DNA from: Candidatus Aenigmatarchaeota archaeon
Lineage (GTDB): Archaea > Aenigmatarchaeota > Aenigmatarchaeia > GW2011-AR5
Length of the DNA: 64,000 nt
Reading direction: 5' to 3'
NCBI GenBank assembly: GCA_016187335.1
Contig: JACPJW010000001.1
Coordinates: 704,001-768,000 of the forward strand
Shown one piece after another: positions 54,774-63,754 of this stretch (the stretch's first letter is position 1; the number at the start of each line of letters is the position of its first letter). A program made the position numbers and the translations under genes. Below the pieces are notes generated by a model, which worked only from the letters and a program-made list of their open reading frames with translations, was not told where the DNA came from and did not search any database.

Positions 54774-55007
54774 TTAATCCCTCTTTTTGAAAAGCTCGCC
54801 TATGCCCGTCTTTGAAGCGAGCTTTGTCACTATGTTCGGCTTTATCAGCACAATGCCCCAGCCGCCCATGCCTTCACCGCTGAGCACAAGCAGCTTCTCG
54901 CCTTTCTTTACACCGTAATCCTTCCGCAGCTTCGCGGGCAGCACTATCTGCCCTCGCTCGCCGACTGTCGTGCTGCCGTAGTATTCCTTCAGGACTCCTC
55001 TGACCAT
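54774..55007 (-). CDS. AbrB/MazE/SpoVT-family transcription regulator
   Basis: TVGERGQIVLPAKLRKDYGVKKGEKL. Confidence 0.9.
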   Translation of the reverse strand: MVRGVLKEYYGSTTVGERGQIVLPAKLRKDYGVKKGEKLLVLSGEGMGGWGIVLIKPNIVTKLASKTGIGELFKKRD

Positions 55008-55138
55008 AGAAACCAAAGCATTATAGGGAAGCAAAACTTTAAATCCGAATCATTCAAATCATACTTTTCATACTTTGATCCAAAATAATCCGACGCATGC
55101 AGATCAGAAGATTTTATAAATTTTGCCGAAGGCTCCGT

Positions 55139-55477
55139 CTAATGGACGGTTCCTATAAATGAAACAAATATTGTAGCTCGCTCATTAAGATCTCTTCTGT
55201 CTGTTGGTCTCATTCCACATCCATACTCTATATCAACAGAATAGCCAAAAAGAACTTTATTTGAATTATTAATTCCACAACCAACACAATTAAAACCGCA
55301 GCCATCACTAATATCTTTTTGGCTTTCTTGAAATGCTTCAACAACTCTCTTTTCTGCATAAATCTTTGTAATCCATGGAGACCAAGCTATCAAAATTAAA
55401 ACAGATAATGCAATAATTAGGATTATAATATTTGGTTCTGTAAACTCTTCGGTTGGTATTAAAGTGCCAAAAAACAA
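55139..55477 (-). CDS. Hypothetical membrane-anchored protein, AT-rich island
   Basis: TM helix followed by a CGFNCVGCG Cys cluster. Confidence 0.55.
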   Translation of the reverse strand: MFFGTLIPTEEFTEPNIIILIIALSVLILIAWSPWITKIYAEKRVVEAFQESQKDISDGCGFNCVGCGINNSNKVLFGYSVDIEYGCGMRPTDRRDLNERATIFVSFIGTVH

Positions 55478-55486
55478 TAAAAATAC

Positions 55487-56065
55487 ATGAAATCTCTGAA
55501 AATAGACGATTTAAGCCGAACAGAAGCACGAAAACTCATTATGAAACTACCGAGAAACAAGGCATTTGTTACAGATGTTCTGAAAGACAGAATAAAAATC
55601 TATTTTACAACTGATGGTGAGAAACAGAGCAAGAAAAATGGAAAAAACCTGAAAGGTCATTTTGACATAAAAATACATTTTGAAGGAGAACCTAAAAGAA
55701 AGTTCAGTTACATTAATGATATATTTATCGATTTAATCAAAAATGAGCATATCTTGAGTAAAGAAGAAAGTGAAATTTTTCTAAAAGCCCTAAAAGATTC
55801 AATAGAGCTAGTTTCCTTAAAAGAAATATACAAAAAATATCCAGAGCTGAACGAAATTGAAAAAAAGAAATCTGGTCATTCAATTGAATTCTTATTGGCA
55901 ATTCTGAAAATCCTTGCACTACAGGAAGATGTAAATTATTGGGGTATAAACCCGAAAACCAAAAAGAAATATGAAGGCAGAGAAAAACCTTATAATGCTT
56001 TGTATGATTTGCTTGTAAAGAAAATGCCTTTAACCCACGTCACAAGAAAACACATGCTCTATTAA
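55487..56065 (+). CDS. Hypothetical protein, candidate restriction endonuclease convergent on the MTase
   Basis: 192 aa; stop overlaps the MTase stop; no clear PD-(D/E)xK, HNH or GIY-YIG motif. Confidence 0.5.
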   Translation: MKSLKIDDLSRTEARKLIMKLPRNKAFVTDVLKDRIKIYFTTDGEKQSKKNGKNLKGHFDIKIHFEGEPKRKFSYINDIFIDLIKNEHILSKEESEIFLKALKDSIELVSLKEIYKKYPELNEIEKKKSGHSIEFLLAILKILALQEDVNYWGINPKTKKKYEGREKPYNALYDLLVKKMPLTHVTRKHMLY

Positions 56066-56820
56066 ACAAATACTTCTAATGGCTTGATTTTTGACAATCG
56101 CTGTTTGCCGATATCTACATATTTTGGATTTATGTCTATGCCAATTGAATTTCTGTTTAGTTCTTTAGACGCTACGCAAGTTGAAAAGCTACCAGCAAAT
56201 GGATCCAAAACTGTATCTCCTTCATTACTACTCGCCTTTATGAAGATTTTTAGCAAAGACACGGGTATTTGGCACGGATGAGGCGTTTTATCTTTGCTCA
56301 CATTCTTCACAAGGTTAAACTGAAATACATCATAGGGAGTTCTACCATTACTGCCATTTTTTAGTCTTTCCTGTATGCGTCTATCGTTTGGATTTTTGTA
56401 AGGTTCTGCTACATCTTTTCTATTGAATTTGTTATTTTTAGTTTTGGCAAAAAACAAAATAGAATGTTGTGTTCTTGTAAAATTAGATTTTGAATGACCT
56501 GTGTTGGTAGGATAGTGCCATGTCATCCATCTTTTGAAAACCATGTGTTTTTGAAGAAAAGGTAATATGTAAGCGTTGTTTTCTGGATAATTAAACAGAT
56601 ATAAACTACCATCTTTTTTCAGTAATCTCATACATTCAGTAAGCCACAATTTACACCATTCAATATACTCATCAAATTTTTTCTTGTCCTTATAAACACC
56701 GCCATAGTCTTTGCCAATATTGAAAGGCGGATCTGTTATAATCAAATCTATGGATTCAGAAGACATTTTCTTCATTATTTCTAAAGAATCTCCAACAATG
56801 CACTTATGTTCTGTTTTCAT
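56062..56820 (-). CDS. DNA methyltransferase, N4-C/N6-A, beta class
   Basis: Motif IV ITDPPF precedes HPCQIP and motif I VLDPFAGS. Confidence 0.93.
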   Translation of the reverse strand: MKTEHKCIVGDSLEIMKKMSSESIDLIITDPPFNIGKDYGGVYKDKKKFDEYIEWCKLWLTECMRLLKKDGSLYLFNYPENNAYILPFLQKHMVFKRWMTWHYPTNTGHSKSNFTRTQHSILFFAKTKNNKFNRKDVAEPYKNPNDRRIQERLKNGSNGRTPYDVFQFNLVKNVSKDKTPHPCQIPVSLLKIFIKASSNEGDTVLDPFAGSFSTCVASKELNRNSIGIDINPKYVDIGKQRLSKIKPLEVFV

Positions 56821-56829
56821 AACCACACC

Positions 56830-56964
56830 TTACTTCTTTACATAATTGGCAATAAAATCTTCAAGAACTTCGGTAGCAGTTTTCTTTTTTTCCATACACT
56901 TTATTCGGAACTTATGCCACAAATCCCCATTAACATTCAGGCTTATTTTCTTTGCCCTGTCCAT
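56830..56964 (-). CDS. 44-aa ribbon-helix-helix (CopG/ParG-like) protein, below the ORF-track cut-off
   Basis: Manual translation MDRAKKISLNVNGDLWHKFRIKCMEKKKTATEVLEDFIANYVKK; AGGTGA Shine-Dalgarno; 9 nt before the MTase ATG. Confidence 0.75.
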   Translation of the reverse strand: MDRAKKISLNVNGDLWHKFRIKCMEKKKTATEVLEDFIANYVKK

Positions 56965-57006
56965 GTAATCACCTATACTCCTATATGTATAGATACTTTT
57001 AAATAG

Positions 57007-57035
57007 TTTATCCTATATAGATATATAGGAATAAA
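57007..57035. promoter_or_regulatory. Imperfect palindrome in the divergent RHH/transposase promoter gap, a candidate operator
   Basis: TTTATCCTATATAGATATATAGGAATAAA. Confidence 0.4.
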
Positions 57036-57047
57036 GGAGATGTTGAC

Positions 57048-57950
57048 ATGAAAACTAAAACAAAACGTGGCTATAAAGACCTTTCATATTTCAAGCCAAA
57101 AGAATGTCCGTTTTGCCAAGCCAAAGAAGTAATAAAATGGGGTTTCAGATACAACCACATAACGAAGAAAAGGCGTTACAAATGCAACAAATGTAAGAAG
57201 CTCTTTGTAGTTGATGACGGCTTCTGGAAAAGGAAAAAGCAGAGAGAGTTCATAGCGCAGTGCATAGACCTTTATGTTAATGGCATGTCGCTACGCAAGG
57301 TCAAAACACACATAGAGCAGTTTTCAGAAACTACGATAAGTCATACAACTATAGCAAGATGGCTTAGGAATTATGCAATTCTTGTAAAGGATTTCACGGA
57401 TAAACTGCCGATAGAAACAAGCGGTATCTATCATGCAGATGAGATTTTTGTTAAATGCAACGGGGAAGAAAACTATTATTGGGATGTGATAGACGCACAT
57501 ACACGCTTTCTTGTGGCTACACACTATTCAGATAATAGAAACTCTCAAAATGCCAAAATTCTATTCTTGAAAGCAAAGGGCAGAGCCAATCTGCCTAACA
57601 TAATCTATACGGATGGTTGGAGAGCATATCAAAAGGCGTTCAGAAAAGTATTCTGGAATCGCTACAAAGAAAACAAAGTGGATTTCATACGCATAATCGA
57701 AAAAGAGGACACAAGAAACAACATAGTGGAAAGGATACAGGGAACTATCAGAGAAAGGATTAAGGTCATGCGTGGATTCAAAAATCCAGAATCCGCTAAG
57801 GCACTTCTTGACTTGCTGATAGTTTACTACAATTTTATCCGAATACATCAAGGCATACGAATGACGCCTGCGGAGATGTGTGGAGTAAATCTTAATCTTG
57901 GACAGAATAAGTGGTTGGGATTGATTTATAGAAGTAAAAACAAGTTCTAA
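57048..57950 (+). mobile_element. DDE transposase, IS6/IS1-like archaeal type with an N-terminal Zn ribbon; no terminal repeats found
   Basis: CPFC...CNKC, GMSLRKV, YHADEIFVK, IYTDGWRAY, NNIVERIQGTIRER. Confidence 0.85.
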
Positions 57951-58843
57951 GCTTTTGGTGGCAAATTATTTAAGATTCCTGAATCTACAGGTGTTGCTAT
58001 TCCTACTCCACTCTGTATGTTTTGATTCATAGCATTAATTATATTATTTTGAGTTTGGAGCACTAATTGAAATTCATAAGATATGTTACTTGGAATATTT
58101 GCTGTTTGTATACCTGCAAGATTTTCTCGTCCATTAATAATTCCTATGACTTTTCCACTATTCACTAAAAATACAGGACTTCCACTATTCCCACTATTTA
58201 CAAAGGAATTTACTGTTATAGTCGGTTTGTTGTTTCTAAGACCTTTGAACGATATTATTCCTTCATGTGTTACTTGTGCTGATGAAAAAAATGGATAACC
58301 TATAAATGCTACATTTGAACCTACATCATAAGAATCACTTGTGCCTAATTCTACAGGTGTAAGATTATAATTAACTTTTATTATTGCCATATCCAAGTCT
58401 TCATTTCCAAAAAATATATTTGAAGTAATAATTTGAGCAGATAATTTTGTTGAATTGCTTAAAACAACAAGAATTGTAGGAGAATTTTCTATTACATGTT
58501 TTGCTGTTAATATGTAACCATCAGAACGGATTACAAATCCTGCTCCACCACTTCCCCATACATTACCATTATTATCAACATATAATTCTGTTGTCTGAAT
58601 AAAATTAGCTTTATTAGAAGGAGTAATAGGAACTAAAATTTCAACTACAGAATCACGAAGAGTGTATATAGTCTGCGTTAATCCCTTATTATCGTAAAGT
58701 TGGTCAATTTTATAATTTATGTTAGAAAGTTGTTGAGTCAGATTTACATTAGAAGTACTAATTTGTTGGCTTAATCCAAAACCCACAACACCAACAACAA
58801 CAATCGTAATTATGGTAGAGATGACGAGCATCTTCTTGTCCAT
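57947..58843 (-). CDS. Membrane-anchored trypsin-like serine protease without PDZ
   Basis: LTAKHV, DMAIIK, GNSGSP catalytic triad; N-terminal TM. Confidence 0.88.
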   Translation of the reverse strand: MDKKMLVISTIITIVVVGVVGFGLSQQISTSNVNLTQQLSNINYKIDQLYDNKGLTQTIYTLRDSVVEILVPITPSNKANFIQTTELYVDNNGNVWGSGGAGFVIRSDGYILTAKHVIENSPTILVVLSNSTKLSAQIITSNIFFGNEDLDMAIIKVNYNLTPVELGTSDSYDVGSNVAFIGYPFFSSAQVTHEGIISFKGLRNNKPTITVNSFVNSGNSGSPVFLVNSGKVIGIINGRENLAGIQTANIPSNISYEFQLVLQTQNNIINAMNQNIQSGVGIATPVDSGILNNLPPKA

Positions 58844-59055
58844 GTCTAAATCTTGATTTTTGCGATATTTAAACTCTGTAAAAAACCTTTTTGGCAACAT
58901 TTTTTATCGCCTTTTAAAAAGGTGGACAATTAAATACCAACCGAAGACGTTACAGAACCTAATATTTTTTATTTTCATAAACTACAATAACACATTATCA
59001 TGTAAAATCTTTTTAAGCCCTGAAATTTTATTATTCAAATAGGTTGGCAAGATTT

Positions 59056-59457
59056 TTACCAGTTGCATTTTCTGTTTATTCCATCACAAAAATAAGTTAG
59101 GCCGTCAAATGTTATATTCTCTTGGTTTTGACACATTATTTTAACATTTTCATCATTACAGGGATAGTTACAACCAATCTCTCTACTTTCAAAATTTTCT
59201 GTTTCAGTATAAGGTACTCCGAAGCATCTCTTTTCTCCAGTAGGAATACCAAAACAAATATCACTATAACCACAATCTGAACAATTTGTGTGTATGAATC
59301 TATACTTCATTCCAAAACAAGACTGTTCATAATAATGTAAACCATGGGGAGGACACACAGGACCACATAAAATACCTCCAATATTTCTTGGAAAGAAGAA
59401 TCCTATTAAAGCGATTATAATGATTCCAATTATCAAAAGCAAATATTTTCCATGCAT
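59056..59457 (-). CDS. Small Cys-rich exported protein
   Basis: Signal/TM segment followed by about 11 Cys. Confidence 0.6.
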   Translation of the reverse strand: MHGKYLLLIIGIIIIALIGFFFPRNIGGILCGPVCPPHGLHYYEQSCFGMKYRFIHTNCSDCGYSDICFGIPTGEKRCFGVPYTETENFESREIGCNYPCNDENVKIMCQNQENITFDGLTYFCDGINRKCNW

Positions 59458-59737
59458 AAATAACAGTAGAATTGAGCTTTATTTAAACATATTGAAAACT
59501 TTTGGTTTTCGCCTAATAGAGAGCTGGATCTCGGTTGGACTTAACAAACATTATGAGAACTTTCAAGAATTTAGGTCGAGAGCCTGCAAGGCTCGAGCCG
59601 TATAAGCCCTGTTAAGTGAGGCGAGGACGAAGTCCGAGAGTGCAAAGCCCCAAGGATTTACAAAGTAAATCCGCAGAGTTATTTTAGTGGTGCAAATCAA
59701 TAAAGGTTTATATATCGGTGTATTCTTCTACTATATA

Positions 59738-61063
59738 ATGAAAAAAGACTGCATTTTGAGTGGATTAATAGGTTTATGTGTAGGGGATGCTTTAGGTGTA
59801 CCTGTAGAATTTAAGAGCAGAGATGAATTAAGTAAAAATCCTGTTGAAAGTATGATTGGAAATGGAACATACAATCAACTTGCCGGAACGTGGTCTGATG
59901 ACAGTTCTTTAACATTTTGTTTAGCAGAAAGTCTATGTACAGGATATGATTTAAATGATTTAAGTCTTAAATTTTGTAGATGGTTAAACGAAGGTTATTG
60001 GACACCATATGGAAAGGTATTTGATGTTGGGATAAGTACCAAAAAAGCCATTCAAAATTTATGTAATGGTAAAGAACCTACAAGATCAGGAGGAAATAAG
60101 GAACAAGATAATGGTAATGGCTCCTTGATGAGGATACTCCCTATTGCATTTTTTACAAATGATATGTATGTTAGCACTATGGTAAAGGTGGTTGAAGAAG
60201 TATCTTCTTTGACACATAGACATAATAGATCAATAATTGCTTGCTCTGCCTATGTTTTTATTGCTAATAATATAATAAGAGGAAAAAACAAAAAAGAAGC
60301 TTTTAGATTATTAAGATTAAATCTTCCGTTTTTATTTAGTAAAGAAAAGGGTGAAGAATATAACAATGAGTTAAAGCATTTCAAAAGAATATTAGATAAG
60401 GATTTCTTTAATTTACCTGCAGAAAAAATTAATTCTTCAGGTTACGTTATTGACACTTTAGAAGCTGCTTTTTGGTGTTTTATGAATAATGATAATTATA
60501 AAGACACTGTTCTTTCTGCAGTAAATTTAGGGGAAGATACAGATACTGTTGCTGCAATAGCTGGGGGATTAGCAGGGATATATTATGGAATAAATAACAT
60601 CCCAAAAGAATGGATTGACGCAATAGCAAGAAAGAAAGAAATTATCTATTTAGCAAAAAAACTTGATGAATCTCTTAAAAAAAGATGGTCGTATATTGGT
60701 TTCGAACTATTGGATAGAATAAATATTAAAAAACCATCTAAACATATTATCAAACAAAACTATGAAAAATATATCAAGGATTGTGAAAATGAAGTAAGAG
60801 GTGTTTTGCAGTTTTCAGCTTATTCTTTTGGATATCCAGAATCAGATCATGCGGTTGTCGATGCTGGGGAAGTAAATAGACAGGTTTGGAGATATTATCA
60901 TGCTAACAAAAAATTCGATATCTTTTCATTAGGACATTTATGCACTGCAGTTTTTTTTATTTCAAGAGCAAGGCATCACCAAGGGAGTTATCCTAAGAAA
61001 CCAGAAGAAGGAGAAGTTGCTATTTCTAAAGAGATTGTTAGAAGAATACATCAATTACTATAA
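59738..61063 (+). CDS. ADP-ribosylglycohydrolase (ARH/DraG family) with a C-terminal extension
   Basis: VGDALG, WSDDS, GNGSLMR, THRH, GEDTDTVAAIAG; about 120 extra C-terminal residues. Confidence 0.92.
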   Translation: MKKDCILSGLIGLCVGDALGVPVEFKSRDELSKNPVESMIGNGTYNQLAGTWSDDSSLTFCLAESLCTGYDLNDLSLKFCRWLNEGYWTPYGKVFDVGISTKKAIQNLCNGKEPTRSGGNKEQDNGNGSLMRILPIAFFTNDMYVSTMVKVVEEVSSLTHRHNRSIIACSAYVFIANNIIRGKNKKEAFRLLRLNLPFLFSKEKGEEYNNELKHFKRILDKDFFNLPAEKINSSGYVIDTLEAAFWCFMNNDNYKDTVLSAVNLGEDTDTVAAIAGGLAGIYYGINNIPKEWIDAIARKKEIIYLAKKLDESLKKRWSYIGFELLDRINIKKPSKHIIKQNYEKYIKDCENEVRGVLQFSAYSFGYPESDHAVVDAGEVNRQVWRYYHANKKFDIFSLGHLCTAVFFISRARHHQGSYPKKPEEGEVAISKEIVRRIHQLL

Positions 61064-61175
61064 TAAAATATAGCACCACTAAAATAATTTCACTTAACAA
61101 CTATTAAGCGAACTCTTAAGAATTTTCGCTCGCAAAAGCTTGTAGTGCTGTTTTGTGAACAATTGAAACAGCAGC

Positions 61176-62674
61176 CTACCCTTTCACATTCCCTATCGGC
61201 ACGAGCTTGCAGACCTTCTTTGAAAGCCCTGCCGTATGAACCACTTCTATCACTTCGTCAATGTCCTTGTAAGCGCCGCCTGCTTCCTCGGCTAAGCCTG
61301 CAAACGAAACAGTTTTTACTAAAATCCCTTTCTTTTCCATGTCCCTTTGCAGTTTATCGCCGCGCCACATCTGCCTTGCGCGCGTCCTGCTCATTGTCCT
61401 GCCTGAGCCGTGGCACGTGGAGCAGAACGTTTCCGCAGCCTTATCGCCGCCGACAAGCAGGTACGAGCCCGTTTCCATTGAGCCTCCGATGATCACCGGC
61501 GAGCCGTCGTTCCTGTACATTTCCGGTATTTCCTCGCGGCCTGCGGGATAGCTGCCTGTCGCACCCTTCCTATGGACTAAAACCTCTTTTGTCTGGCCGT
61601 CTACTTTGTGCTTCTCCAGGGATGCCCGGTTGTGAGCGACGTCGAATACCATGTGCATGTCCATGTCCTCGGCGCTGCGCTTGAATACGGAAGAAAACAC
61701 CTCGCGGACGCGGTGCAAAATAACTTGCCTGTTCGCGAAGGACATGTTTACCGCGCATTTCATAGCAGTGAAATAGTCCTGTCCCTCTGGCGAGTTGAAA
61801 GGCGCGCACGCAAGCTCGCGGTCAAGAATCTTTATTTTATATTTCCTTTCCATGACGTTGAGAAATGACTGAAGGTAATCCGTAGCAACCTGGTGCCCGA
61901 AGCCGCGCGAGCCGCAATGGAACATGATTACAATTTGCCCTGGGAACAAGCCCCATTTCTTCGCAAGCTCTTTGTTGTGTATATTTTCTTCCTTTACCCA
62001 CTGGACTTCAAGATAATGATTTCCCGAGCCGAGCGTGCCTATCTGGTTGAAGCCGCGCTCTACTGACCTGCTGCTTATTTTTCTTGAATCCGCGCCTTCC
62101 ATCCTGCCGTTCAGTTCGCAGCGCTTCAGGTCTTCTTTCCATCCGTAATCATGCTCAACGCACCATTCCGCGCCTTCCTCAACGACCTTGCGGAACTCGT
62201 CCTTCGTTAATTTAACAAATCCTGTCGAGCCTACGCCTGCAGGCACCCTTTTGAAAAGCATGTCTACAAGCTCTTTCAGCTTGGGCTTCACGTCGTTTAT
62301 AGTAAGGTTTGTAGTAACCAGTCTCATCCCGCAGTTCACGTCGAATCCGATTCCGCCAGGAGATATAACTCCTTCGTTAGCATCAAAAGCAGCAACTCCG
62401 CCGATTGGGAATCCGTAGCCCGATTTGCCTCTCTTCAGATACCTGAAAAGATATGACCGTCAGGCATACAGAACGCGTGATTGATAATTCCGGGAAGCGT
62501 TGCGACGTTCGCTATCTGGTCGAAAACCATCAGGTCCATATCGTCAATGAGCTTTTTCGACGCGTACATCCGCGCAGGGACCTTCATACCCTGCTTGAAT
62601 GAAGTAGGTATCTCCCAGATTACGTCGCTGATTTTTTTCAGTTCCGGTTTTTTCAAATTTGTCCCCCAAACCAT
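61176..62674 (-). CDS. rtcB: RNA-splicing ligase RtcB; exons 62453-62674 and 61176-62423, 489 aa after splicing
   Basis: Exon 1 ends VATLPG...MPDGH; exon 2 starts SGYGFPIGGVAAFD...FDVNCG and has GSGNH, HCGSR, HN, HRKGA, STCHGSGR; GGAGGTGA Shine-Dalgarno. Confidence 0.92.
62424..62452 (-). other. 29-nt BHB-like intron in rtcB
   Basis: ATCTTTTCAGGTATCTGAAGAGAGGCAAA; frameshifts and contains an in-frame TGA; 9-bp inner stem with 3-nt bulges; removal restores MPDGH-SGYGFP. Confidence 0.85.
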
Positions 62675-63513
62675 TAATTCACCTCCTCTAATTTTGAAAA
62701 TTGGTTTTCTTTTATAGTTAAACAATAGTATAAACTTCCCCAGTTATTTTCCCATGGTCCTAATATTTTTGATTTAATTCCAATTGAGTTTAATCTATTC
62801 CTTAGCTCATTAAGATTTCTTTTTATAATCGAATTCATTCTGATTTCCTTTCTTTTAATACTTAACCTACCATTTTCTCTTATGAATTTTATTATTTCGG
62901 CTTTTTCTTTTGGTAATGTCCATTCATACGACTGATAGGAATTTAAGGCTTCTTCTAATTTTTCTTTTTTACGTGGATGAAGAAACCCTATGTACTTTTC
63001 AAACTTAAGCAAATCATCCTTACCACATATAGTAAGCGACCATATGTTTCTATTTTTTCTTTTCTTGATTGTAGAAGTAATTTTGAAATGTCTTTTCATG
63101 ACTTTTTTGATTTGGTAAAGACCTTTCTTATTTATTGAATCTAGGCCAATTTTCCTGTCCTTTGCTTTGACAACAGAGACCCATCCATCACAATCAAAAT
63201 ACGATCTTAACCAACTAGAAAGTAAATTTTTGGATAATTTCGGCAAAGACCATTTATCTGAATAATAAGTGAAATTTTTTGTTAAAATAAAGAAAAGATT
63301 TTTATTTTGAATTTTGCATCTTTCTTCTGTTAAGACTGGTCTTATTCCAAATTTTCTGTGAAATTTTTCTTGAAAATCTTTCAACAAAGTAAGATTTGTA
63401 TTTCTTAAACCAATATAGTAGTATTTGTGCTTCTGTGATTTAGGATTTGTAATTACGTAACCATCAGCACAAAGATAGCCATGTATAGAAGCAAGATTTT
63501 TGTTGAATTTCAT
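62674..63513 (-). CDS. Free-standing two-motif LAGLIDADG endonuclease-like protein
   Basis: ASIHGYLCADG and SWLRSYFDCDGWV; no Hint splicing motifs; TAATG overlap with the rtcB start; very AT-rich. Confidence 0.85.
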   Translation of the reverse strand: MKFNKNLASIHGYLCADGYVITNPKSQKHKYYYIGLRNTNLTLLKDFQEKFHRKFGIRPVLTEERCKIQNKNLFFILTKNFTYYSDKWSLPKLSKNLLSSWLRSYFDCDGWVSVVKAKDRKIGLDSINKKGLYQIKKVMKRHFKITSTIKKRKNRNIWSLTICGKDDLLKFEKYIGFLHPRKKEKLEEALNSYQSYEWTLPKEKAEIIKFIRENGRLSIKRKEIRMNSIIKRNLNELRNRLNSIGIKSKILGPWENNWGSLYYCLTIKENQFSKLEEVN

Positions 63514-63603
63514 CTTGATAATTATGTTGCCATTTATTTAAACCTAATGTTCGTTAGTCAAATTTTTCTAAAGATATAAATTAATTTGTTAGAAAAAAGC
63601 GTT

Positions 63604-63702
63604 TCAGCGCTTCCTTCTTACTTTCTTCTTTATCGCTGCGCCGGCTTTTTTGACGTGCATTGCTGCTGCGCTGAATGCCTTCTTTATTCTTTTTCTTACC
63701 AC
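63604..63702 (-). CDS. 32-aa Lys/Arg/Ala-rich peptide, below the ORF-track cut-off
   Basis: MVRKRIKKAFSAAAMHVKKAGAAIKKKVRRKR; GTG start after an AGGTGA Shine-Dalgarno. Confidence 0.65.
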   Translation of the reverse strand: MVRKRIKKAFSAAAMHVKKAGAAIKKKVRRKR

Positions 63703-63754
63703 TGTATCACCTGGTTAATCATGTGAAGAAGATGTTAAAATAAGTTTTCAGCCG

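Noticed and set aside
56965-58000. Terminal inverted repeats or target duplication for the DDE transposase
   Set aside because: None found by eye; the 3' end overlaps the protease stop, so element boundaries cannot be given
59575-59625. GAGCCGTAT resembling the start of group II intron domain V
   Set aside because: The complementary 3' arm (…TACGGTTC) and the domain VI pattern are absent, and there is no RT gene
61176-62725. Reading rtcB as a frameshifted pseudogene or a naturally split two-gene enzyme
   Set aside because: All catalytic motifs are intact, the second part has no start before GYGFP, and the insert is a precise BHB-shaped hairpin whose removal restores the frame; an intron is the simpler reading, though unproven without RNA data
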